Of a stretch of DNA of 64,000 bases, positions 41,295 to 53,400 are shown in pieces. Below the pieces are notes generated by a model. It did no database searches and was not told the DNA's origin. It saw only the letters and a list, made by a program, of their open reading frames with translations. How positions within the stretch are numbered: the stretch's first letter is position 1; every line of letters starts with the position of its first letter. The position numbers and the translations under genes are program-made. This DNA comes from Lobosporangium transversale (taxonomy: Eukaryota): the NCBI RefSeq assembly GCF_002105155.1, contig NW_019029020.1, positions 1-64,000 of the forward strand, written 5' to 3'.

Positions 41295-44089
41295 CTACAA
41301 ATCTAATCTATAGAGTTCGCCATACAAATGATGGACGAGGGTATCTAGTGGTCCTATTGAAAGTAGAAATGGATCGACAAAAAACGACGCGTCAACAATA
41401 TGAAAATTAAACATTCACACGCGAGCGTCTTCTTTCTTTATACCTGGCATCATGAAATTGCTACAGTGCCGCGTGCTTGCTACAGAGCCCTTAAATTCTC
41501 TGAGGAATTTTGTGTCTACGAACGAATATAATGGATCTTGCATCCTTGCTACCACAGTCTATGAGACCAATCAACCAAAATAAAAATAAAAAAAAAACAT
41601 ATTAATAAAAAATAGTAACAACAACACTATATTTGTATACTGCATACATTTTTTTTTTTTTTTTTTTATCATTTCCTTCTCATCTATACCTTGGTCAGTG
41701 TGTTCAAGAGAGCTGCTTCTTGATCCTTCAGCTCTTCAATTGATTTGTTGTATTTATCAGAATCATTACCACACGGCCTACGCCTGACACTGGTTTGGAC
41801 GAAGACTCTCAGGTCTGGATACTTTTCTTTGATGTAATCCAACATGTTAGTCAACACCCTCATGTACTGCTGTCTTAACAATTTCTTGCGCTTATCTCGA
41901 CTCTGTCTAATCTGATCTCGCTCGGCCTTCGACAGCGCTTTCATCTTTTTCGCCTCTTCATGACCTTTGCCAGCATCATTCGACCATCCGTCCATAAACC
42001 CCGTTGTCACATCCTTAGGATCATACTCCCAAAAATGTCCACTACTGATCATCACCAAAGGTTTGCGTTCAATATCTTCTTCACTTGTACTTTTACGCAT
42101 TGACGCTCTAGCTCGATGTTCTGCGGTATCACTCACAATCGCCTCAAGTAACTCAGTCCACTTCAAATTAATTATATCATGGTCCAGATCCGATCCATAG
42201 AGCATCTCTTCTTCCTCTTTATCGCCATCCTGATCTCCTAGATTATTATTGCTTCCAGTACTACTTTTTGATTGTTCTGAAGGAGCATTATCCGATCCTA
42301 TCCACCATTGCCACCAATACGATGACGTTGATGATGCAGCCGTCGTCGTCAAACCTTCAGATTTATCCCTCTCGTTTGCTTCCGTTTTACGGTAATGTTC
42401 GATTCGTGCTGGTTCACAAAGTAAGGCCATTCCAACGACCTTACAATCTGGATGGAGCCCATTAGCTTCCATTTCTGAAATCTCCTTTGCGGTTTTGACT
42501 GTATGCTTATGGATTGGATCCACTAAAAACATTCCAGGGTCCCAAAGAACATCTGAACGGATGAATGTGATTAAGCTCAAATTGGAGACACGGTCGACAA
42601 GTCGCATTTGACCAGGCTTAGCTTTCCTGTAGATAGATGGATGATGGTTTTGTTTTCTTGATCCAGGGGCGATCTTGAGCTCAATCACAGAAGGCATCTC
42701 CGACTCGATTCTGTATTCGAATCCTGCTACCAAGGCTTCTTTACCTTCTTCATATGCTGCTGATTTATCGTTTGTGTCTATTCTGCCTGTTGTGGGCTTG
42801 ATCCCAGCATCCATATAAAGCTGGTCCTGCATCCCAAGAATCATACATTCGATAGCAAGATATTCTTGCTCTAGAAACTTATCTCCTATCATTACGATAG
42901 GCGTTCGCTTGAGAATATCAACAAAGTCACTAACGTCCATCTCTGGTTGTTGACATTCGCTGAGAAACTGATTAGGATGCCTTGGATCCTGACGAGGACT
43001 TAGCTGCCACCGAAAGTTTTTGAGATGTTGTGCATATTGTAGGTCTGCCTGCAAGTAGCTGCTGCTGTTGAGGGGTGTTGTTGTAAAGTTGCTGTTGAAA
43101 CCATAAGATGGTGTCAAAAGGTATCGTTCATTCCATATGTGAGGTCGACAGCCATTTTGCCCATACCCTGTCCAACTCAAGTTTTGATCAACGGGTGTTG
43201 TAGTAACTTCTACTTTTTCTTGTTTGCTTTCTTTTACAGAAGTATAGATCCACTCTCCATTAGCCACATCCTCCAGGCTACATATCCTAACAGATGATGA
43301 GCTACTCTCATGAGATGGTAGATGTTTGGCTGGTTTATCGGATTCGTCTGTTGTTTCCCCCCCTTTGCTCGCTCCGAAAGGTGGATCTTCCTTTGCAGGG
43401 ACAGGCTGCTTCTTCCCCCAACCCTTATCTCTTCTAGATCCACTAGTTGGCCCTGTGTCTAATTGAAGGCCGTTAGAATTACTACTGTCAGTCCCTTCTC
43501 TCAACAATGGCACAGTACCCAAATCATTAGGATGCTGTAATTGGCTCAAAAGATATCCTCCAGAAAGTGCTGTCAAGACAACTGAGATCAGAATTAGGCT
43601 CATGAACCAACTCTTGCGCCACTTGCTGCTCACGGCGCCCGTGATCATCAAAGAAGTATACATCTGGATTTTGCGAATCATGTTGTATGCTGAACTTGTT
43701 ATTGTTGATGTTGTTGTTGTTGACGTTGATGATGAAGGGATACGGGTATATAGTGAAAACCCTAACCATGACCGACTATTATTGCTGTTGAGGTTATGAC
43801 GATGTTGTTGGGATCTATGATATCTTTTTTTCCAAGGGTTTCGTAGAAAAACTAGCCATGAATAGCCTCTTGTAGGTGCGCCATTAGCATCACTACTACT
43901 GCTGCTGGTAGCAACCGTACTGTTGATGGAATTCATAGTATCTTTGCTGTCACTCATTCGTCGTCCTAAACCCTGTCGCCGCTCTGGTTCATCGTCACTG
44001 TCGACATGATGAGCTACACGCTGTTCGACCTGACTACCAAAGAGACCTTCAATAGACCCACTTTCATACGAGTCAATCGAGATGCTCAT
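41295..44089 (-). CDS. Type II membrane protein with a PC-esterase / trichome-birefringence-like (SGNH) fold; catalytic motifs degenerate; 3 exons
   Basis: One TM segment (WFMSLILISVVLTALSGGYLL), then CSLEDVANGEWI, FRWQ...C, IVMIGDKFLEQEYLAIECM, LVMISSGHFW, RVFVQT, and a spliced C-terminus RHCSNFMMPGPLDTLVHHLY. These are colinear with the TBL motifs CD..GxW, WRWQP..C, FVGDS, NTGHWW and DCxHWCLPG.PDTW. Confidence 0.7.
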
Positions 44090-44494
44090 TCCGGTGTTTT
44101 TTTTTTATTTTTTTTATAATGCTTTCTTGCCTAATGTCAAACTGAAATTATGAAAAAAAAAAAAAAAAAAAAAAAGCTAAAAAGCAAAACAAACTCTGAC
44201 CGTGACAGCTCTGCATTCCAAGGATAACACTCATAACTAATGTTTTATTTTCTTTAATATTTATTGGCTATTGGTGCTGGTATATTGCAGAAGAATAAAA
44301 GTACACACTGCCATTGCCAATGCCAATATCGAATGAATAAGAATAATAAGGAAATAAATATAAGCAGACAAAAACCAAAAAAAATAAACTGGCACAAAAA
44401 TGAAAGCGGACAAAAAAGCAGGATAAAAACAAAACAATAATAATAAAGTAACAAAGTGAAATGACTAAATAGTAGTACTTTGGAAAGGAAATGA

Positions 44495-47400
44495 TTACTT
44501 CTTGTTGTTGTAAAAGTTAATCTTGGGATCTTGTTGAGGGTTATAGCTCAATCGCAGATTTGGAAATTCGAAATATGGATCATGTTGTGCGAGATCCGGA
44601 CAGTTCTTAGGCGGGAACTTGTTAATTGTCGCAATTAGCTCGTTGACACGAAGTGGTTTTGTGATATATTCGTCCTATAGGAAAAAAGAAAAACAAATTA
44701 GATCAAGAAATGAACTAGAAAGCAGGAAGTTATAGCACTTAGTACAATGCATAAAATAAAAACTTACCATGCCAGCAGCAAGACACTTCTCTCGATCACC
44801 AATCATAGCGTGTGCAGTCAAGGCGATAATGGGCAAGTGTTCGGTCCTGCCTTTGAGTAACTCTAGCTTTCTGATCTCCTGCGTAGCCTCAAATCCTCCC
44901 ATGATCGGCATCTGGACATCCATCAAAATCAAATCAAAGTGCTTGCTATCGTAGAACTCGACTGCCATCTTGCCGTTCGAGACAATCGTCACTTTGTGTC
45001 CAAACTTCTCCAAGATACGGACCGCAAGCTTCTGATTCACAACATTATCCTCTGCCAGCAAAATATGCAATGGAATCGCATGCTCAGCATCAGATGGCAA
45101 CGCTGATGCAGACTCGAAAGCAGGCAATAAGGCATTCATCAGATCAGGTAGTTGCACTGGTGGGTTAAAATAGCTGGCAATGCCCAATTCCTGGCAGACC
45201 TTCATGCTGATATAGGGTGTGGTCATGGACAACAGCACAATGGGCAGGAATCGAAGCATGGGGATCTCCTTGATCTTGCGGATATCCTTTACATTGTCAA
45301 CAATCACCACATCAAACATTGATTTCTCAGATGAAGAGCCCGAGCCCGAGCCCGGAGCTTGGACTAGAGTATGGGCTTGCTCGAGTGATGACATATACGT
45401 AGCCTTGAATTTGAGCTCCTCCAGCGTTCTTACGACTGAGCTAGAAATGACATCGTCGCGCATCGTTCCCAAATAAAGGATATGACGTCCAACATATGGC
45501 TTCGTCTTGAGATTGATCTGATCCACAGACATGGTACCTGTGTTAAACCGCACTGTAAAGAAGAATTGTGATCCTTTTCCGAAGATACTATTCACCCACA
45601 GATCACCTCCCATCAACGTCACCAGACGCTTGGAGATAGAGAGACCGAGCCCAGTACCACCGTACTTGCGTGTGGTGGAACCATCAGCCTGACAGAACGT
45701 ATCAAAGACGACTTCGATCTTATCACTTTGAATTCCAATTCCCGTATCCGAGACACAGAATTGAAGTTCAACACCAACATCCGTTTTGTTTTTGCAGACA
45801 CAGTCTAGAACAACACTACCCTCGGTTGTAAACTTGATGGCATTTCCGATCAAGTTAGTGATGACTTGGCGAAGGCGAAGTGGATCGCCCACAAGTTGGT
45901 CAGGGAAATCGTTATGGACATTGTAAATCAAATCCAGTTTCTTCTGATGAGCTTTCACGGCCAGAGTCTTAAGTACTCCAAATGCCTGGGTTCTCAACGA
46001 GAATGGAGCTTGCTCAATTGTCATCTTACCAGCCTCAACTACGTAGTTTTTTTTTTTTTATAAAAAAAAAAAAAAAAAAAAGGAAGAAAAAAAAAAATTT
46101 ACATAAATATTTCATTATAGACAAAAAATTCAAATCACCAGCTACAATGCTGTAACAAAAGAGCATCAACTTACTCTTTGAGATATCAAGAATATCATCA
46201 ATAATCGTCAGGAGTGAATGGGCCAAGTGACTAACAATCACCAAGTTTTCACGTTGTTGACGGGTAAGCTCAGTTTCCAGAGTGAGACTGGTCATTCCGA
46301 TGATTCCGTTCATGGGGGTTCTAAATAAAAAGAAGAAGAAAAAAAAAGTTAGGTGCTTTCAAAAATTACAGTAAGGACTTTAAAACATAATAAAAAGTGC
46401 AGTAATTACCTAATCTCGTGCGACATGTTTGCCAAGAACTCGGATTTGGATCGATTGGCAAGCTCAGCGGCTTCACGAGCAGCGGTGTTCTTTTGAATAC
46501 TCTCGCGAAGGTTGTAAACCATCTGATTGATCTTGGTCTTAAGCGAATCCATCTCTCCGGAGGCCTCAACAGTGATAAACTGAGTGAAATCACCATCCGT
46601 TGCAGCAGTCGAAATGGAGGCAAATGCACGTACTTGTGCTGTCAAATTGCTAGCCATTGTATTGACGTTTGATGTGATTTCCTTCCATGTTCCACGTACA
46701 TCCTCCACCTGTGCTTGCACGCCCAATTTGCCTTCGGTACCGACCTCTCGAGCGACACGCGTTACCTCATTAGCAAACATGGAGAGCTGATCCACCATGA
46801 TATTGATCGTGTTCTTAAGGTCCAACATCTCACCCTTGACCTCGACTGAAATCTTCTTGGAAAGATCACCTCGAGCAACGGCTTTACTGACATCGGCAAT
46901 ATCACGTACTTGTGCTGTAAGATTGGCAGCCATGGTGTTGACGTTGTCAGTCAGCTCCTTCCAGGTACCATCAACCCCTGTGACTTCAGCCTGACCTCCT
47001 AGACGACCTTCTGTACCGACTTCACGAGCTACACGAGTTACCTCGGCGGCGAATGTTCTCAGCTGTTCGACCATAGAGTTGACAGTAATCTTCACCTCAG
47101 AGATCTCTCCTTGTGCTTCGACATCAATGGTCTTACTCAAGTCTCCTGCTGCGACAGCGGTGGTAACTTCAGCGATGGATCGTACCTGTGTTGTCAAGTT
47201 CGAGGCCATGGTGTTGACATTATCTGTGAGTTCTTTCCAAGTTCCATCAACACCTTTGACAATGGCTTGACCTCCAAGTTTGCCTTCTGTTCCGACTTCA
47301 AGACTGACTCTGGTAACCTCGGTGGCAAACTCTTGCAGCTGGTCCACCATGATGTTGATCGTGTTCTTAAGATCCAACATCTCACCCTTGACCTCAACTG

Positions 47401-50400
47401 AAATCTTCTTGGACAGATCACCTCGAGCGACGGCTTTACTGACATCAGCGATATCACGTACTTGTGCTGTAAGATTGGCAGCCATGGTGTTGACGTTGTC
47501 AGTCAGCTCCTTCCAGGTACCATCAACTCCTGTAACCTCAGCCTGGCCTCCTAGACGACCTTCTGTACCGACTTCACGAGCCACACGAGTTACCTCGGCA
47601 GCGAATGTTCTCAGCTGCTCCACCATAGAGTTGACAGTAATCTTCACCTCAGATATTTCTCCTTGTGCTTCGACATCGATAGTCTTACTCAAATCACCTG
47701 CTGCGACAGCGGTTGTGACATTGGCGATGGATCGTACTTGAGTTGTCAAATTGGCAGCCATGGTGTTGACATTGTCTGTGAGGTTCTTCCAAGTACCGCT
47801 AACATCCTTAACAACAGCCTGTCCTCCAAGTTTGCCTTCAGTTCCGACCTCTAGACTGACTCTGGTGACCTCAGTGGCAAACTCTTGAAGCTGGTCCACC
47901 ATGATGTTGATCGTGTTCTTAAGATCCAACATCTCACCCTTGACCTCGACTGAAATCTTCTTGGACAGATCACCTCGAGCGACGGCTTTACTGACATCAG
48001 CAATATCACGTACTTGTGCTGTAAGGTTGGCAGCCATGGTGTTGACGTTGTCAGTCAGCTCCTTCCAGGTACCATCAACCCCTGTGACTTCAGCCTGGCC
48101 TCCTAGACGACCTTCTGTACCGACTTCACGAGCCACACGAGTTACCTCGGCAGCGAATGTTCTCAGCTGCTCCACCATAGAGTTGACAGTAATCTTCACC
48201 TCAGATATTTCTCCTTGTGCTTCAACATCGATGGTCTTGCTTAAGTCTCCTGCTGCGACAGCGGTGGTAACTTCAGCGATGGATCGTACCTGTGTTGTCA
48301 AGTTCGAGGCCATGGTGTTGACATTATCTGTGAGTTCTTTCCAAGTTCCATCAACACCTTTGACAATGGCTTGACCTCCTAGTTTACCCTCGGTACCGAC
48401 TTCAAGACTGACTCTGGTGACTTCAGTGGCGAACTGTTGCAGCTGGTCCACCATAATGTTGATCGTGTTCTTAAGATCCAACATCTCACCCTTGACCTCA
48501 ACTGAAATCTTCTTGGACAGATCACCTCGAGCGACGGCTTTACTGACATCAGCAATATCACGTACTTGTGCTGTAAGGTTGGCAGCCATAGTGTTGACGT
48601 TGTCAGTCAGCTCCTTCCAGGTACCATCAACCCCTGTGACTTCAGCCTGACCTCCTAGACGACCTTCTGTACCGACTTCACGAGCCACACGAGTTACCTC
48701 GGCAGCAAAGGTCCTCAGTTGTTCGACCATAGAGTTGACAGTCTTCTTCACCTCAGAGATCTCTCCTTGTGCTTCAACATCGATGGTCTTACTCAAATCA
48801 CCTGCTGCCACAGCGGTTGTGACATTGGCGATGGATCGTACTTGAGTTGTCAAATTAGCAGCCATGGTATTGACATTGTCTGTGAGGTTCTTCCAGGTAC
48901 CACTGACATCCTTGACAACAGCCTGTCCTCCAAGTTTGCCTTCAGTTCCGACCTCAAGACTGACTCGGGTGACTTCAGTGGCGAACTGTTGCAGCTGGTC
49001 CACCATGATATTCATCGTGTTCTTGAGATCCATCATTTCTCCTTTGACTTCGACAGAAATCTTCTTGGACAGATCACCTCGAGCGACGGCTTTACTGACA
49101 TCAGCAATATCACGTACTTGTGCTGTAAGATTGGCAGCCATGGTGTTGACGTTGTCAGTCAGCTCCTTCCAGGTACCTTCAACACCTTTGACTTCAGCCT
49201 GGCCTCCTAGACGACCCTCTGTGCCGACTTCACGAGCTACACGAGTTACCTCGGCAGCGAATGTTCTCAGCTGTTCGACCATAGAGTTGACAGTAATCTT
49301 CACCTCAGATATTTCTCCTTGTGCTTCGACATCGATGGTCTTACTCAAGTCTCCTGCTGCAACAGCGGTGGTAACCTCAGCGATGGATCGTACCTGTGTT
49401 GTCAAATTGGCAGCCATGGTGTTGACATTGTCTGTGAGATTCTTCCAAGTGCCGCTAACACCTTCGACCTTAGCCTGTCCTCCAAGTTTACCCTCGGTGC
49501 CGACCTCAAGACTGACTCGGGTGACTTCAGTGGCAAACTCTTGTAGCTGGTCCACCATGATGTTGATCGTGTTCTTAAGATCCAACATCTCACCCTTGAC
49601 CTCGACTGAAATCTTCTTGGAAAGATCGCCGAGAGCAACAGCTTTACTAACGTCCGCAATGTCACGAACTTGTGCAGTAAGATTGGCAGCCATGGTGTTG
49701 ACGTTCTCAGTCAGTTCCCTCCAAGTACCAGCAACACCTGTGACCTCAGCCTGGCCTCCTAGACGACCTTCTGTTCCTACTTCACGTGCGACACGGGTGA
49801 CCTCGGCAGCGAACATCCTAAGTTGCTCCACCATGGAGTTGACAGTAATCTTAACTTCGGAGATCTCTCCTTGTGCTTCGACATCGATGGTCTTGCTCAG
49901 GTCTCCAGCTGCGACAGCGGTGGTAACCTCGGCGATGGATCGTACTTGAGTTGTCAAATTGGCAGCCATGGTGTTGACATTGTCTGTGAGGTTCTTCCAG
50001 GTACCACTAACATCCTTGACAACAGCCTGTCCTCCAAGTTTGCCTTCAGTTCCGACTTCAAGACTGACTCGGGTGACCTCAGAGGCGAACCGTTGTAGCT
50101 GATCTACCATGATATTCATCGTGTTCTTAAGGTCCATCATTTCTCCTTTGACTTCGACAGAAATCTTCTTGGACAGATCACCTCGAGCGACAGCCTTACT
50201 GACGTCGGCAATATCACGTACTTGTGCAGTAAGGTTGGCAGCCATGGTGTTGACGTTGTCAGTCAGCTCCTTCCAGGTACCTTCAACACCTTTGACTTCA
50301 GCCTGGCCACCTAGACGACCTTCTGTACCGACTTCACGAGCCACACGGGTGACCTCGGCAGCGAACATCCTAAGTTGCTCCACCATGGAGTTGACAGTAA

Positions 50401-53400
50401 TCTTCACCTCAGAGATCTCTCCTTGTGCTTCGACATCGATGGTCTTACTCAGGTCTCCTGCTGCGACAGCAGTCGTAACATTGGCGATGGATCGTACTTG
50501 TGTTGTCAAATTGGCAGCCATGGTGTTGACATTGTCTGTGAGGTTCTTCCAAGTGCCACTAACACCTTCAACCTTAGCCTGTCCTCCGAGTTTACCCTCG
50601 GTACCGACCTCAAGACTGACTCTGGTGACCTCAGTGGCAAACTCTTGAAGCTGGTCCACCATGATGTTGATCGTGTTCTTAAGATCCAACATCTCACCCT
50701 TGACCTCGACTGAAATCTTCTTGGAAAGATCGCCGAGAGCAACAGCTTTACTAACGTCCGCAATGTCACGAACTTGTGCAGTAAGATTGGCAGCCATGGT
50801 GTTGACGTTGTCAGTCAGCTCCTTCCAGGTACCATCAACACCTTTGACCTCAGCCTGGCCTCCTAGACGACCTTCTGTTCCTACTTCACGAGCTACACGA
50901 GTTACCTCGGCAGCGAATGTTCTCAGCTGTTCGACCATGGAGTTAACAGTAATCTTCACCTCAGAGATCTCTCCTTGTGCTTCGACATCAATAGTCTTAC
51001 TCAAGTCACCTGCTGCGACAGCGGTGGTAACCTCAGCGATGGATCGTACTTGAGTTGTCAAGTTAGAGGCCATGGTATTGACATTGTCTGTGAGTTCCTT
51101 CCAAGTACCGCTGACATCCTTAACAACAGCCTGTCCTCCAAGCTTACCCTCGGTACCGACTTCAAGACTGACTCGGGTGACCTCAGAGGCGAACCGTTGT
51201 AGCTGATCTACCATGATATTCATCGTGTTCTTAAGGTCCATCATTTCTCCTTTGACTTCGACAGAAATCTTCTTGGACAGATCACCTCGAGCGACAGCCT
51301 TACTGACGTCGGCAATATCACGTACTTGTGCAGTAAGGTTGGCAGCCATGGTGTTGACGTTGTCGGTCAGTTCCTTCCAAGTACCTTCAACACCTTTGAC
51401 TTCAGCCTGGCCTCCTAGACGACCCTCTGTGCCGACTTCACGAGCTACACGAGTTACCTCGGCAGCGAACATCCTAAGTTGCTCCACCATGGAGTTGACA
51501 GTAATCTTCACCTCAGAGATCTCTCCTTGTGCTTCGACATCAATAGTCTTACTCAAGTCACCTGCTGCGACAGCGGTGGTAACGTTAGCAATGGATCGTA
51601 CCTGTGTTGTCAAATTGGCAGCCATGGTGTTGACATTGTCTGTGAGGTTCTTCCAAGTGCCACTAACACCTTCGACCTTAGCCTGTCCTCCGAGTTTACC
51701 CTCGGTACCGACCTCAAGACTGACTCGGGTGACTTCAGTGGCAAACTCTTGAAGCTGGTCCACCATGATGTTGATCGTGTTCTTAAGATCCAACATCTCA
51801 CCCTTGACCTCGACTGAAATCTTCTTGGAAAGATCGCCGAGAGCAACAGCTTTACTGACATCAGCAATATCACGTACTTGTGCGGTCAAATTAGCAGCCA
51901 TGGTGTTGACATTCTCGGTCAACTCTTTCCAGGTGCCATCAACTCCTGTAACCTCGGCCTGACCTCCTAGACGACCTTCTGTTCCGACTTCACGAGCCAC
52001 ACGAGTTACCTCGGCAGCAAAGGTCCTCAGTTGTTCGACCATAGAGTTGACAGTCTTCTTCACCTCAGAGATCTCTCCTTGTGCTTCGACATCGATGGTC
52101 TTGCTCAGGTCTCCTGCTGCGACAGCGGTGGTAACCTCGGCGATGGATCGTACTTGAGTTGTCAAATTAAAGGCCATGGTATTGACATTATCTGTGAGCT
52201 CCTTCCAAGTACCGCTGACATCCTTAACAACAGCCTGTCCTCCAAGTTTGCCTTCAGTTCCGACCTCAAGACTGACTCGGGTGACTTCAGTGGCGAACTG
52301 TTGCAGCTGGTCCACCATGATATTCATCGTGTTCTTAAGGTCCATCATTTCTCCTTTGACTTCGACAGAAATCTTCTTGGACAGATCACCTCGAGCGACA
52401 GCCTTACTGACGTCAGCAATATCACGTACTTGTGCTGTAAGATTGGCAGCCATGGTGTTGACGTTGTCAGTCAGCTCCTTCCAGGTACCTTCAACACCTT
52501 TGACTTCAGCCTGGCCACCTAGACGACCTTCTGTTCCGACTTCACGAGCTACACGAGTTACCTCGGCAGCGAATGTTCTCAGCTGTTCGACCATAGAGTT
52601 GACAGTAATCTTCACCTCAGATATTTCTCCTTGTGCTTCGACATCGATGGTCTTACTCAGGTCTCCTGCTGCAACAGCGGTGGTAACGTTAGCAATGGAT
52701 CGTACCTGTGTTGTCAAATTGGCAGCCATGGTATTAACATTGTCTGTGAGGTTCTTCCAAGTGCCACTAACACCTTCAACCTTAGCCTGTCCTCCGAGTT
52801 TACCCTCGGTTCCGACCTCAAGACTGACTCGGGTGACCTCAGTGGCAAACTCTTGAAGCTGGTCCACCATGATGTTGATCGTGTTCTTAAGATCCAACAT
52901 CTCACCCTTGACCTCGACTGAAATCTTCTTGGACAGATCGCCGAGAGCAACAGCTTTACTAACGTCCGCAATGTCACGAACTTGTGCAGTAAGATTGGCA
53001 GCCATGGTGTTGACGTTCTCAGTCAGTTCCCTCCAAGTACCAGCAACACCTGTGACCTCAGCCTGGCCTCCTAGACGACCTTCTGTTCCTACTTCACGTG
53101 CGACACGGGTGACCTCGGCAGCGAACATCCTAAGTTGCTCCACCATGGAGTTGACAGTAATCTTAACTTCGGAGATCTCTCCTTGTGCTTCGACATCGAT
53201 GGTCTTGCTCAGGTCTCCAGCTGCGACAGCGGTGGTAACCTCGGCGATGGATCGTACTTGAGTTGTCAAATTGGCAGCCATGGTGTTGACATTGTCTGTG
53301 AGGTTCTTCCAGGTACCACTAACATCCTTGACAACAGCCTGTCCTCCAAGTTTGCCTTCAGTTCCGACTTCAAGACTGACTCGGGTGACCTCAGAGGCGA

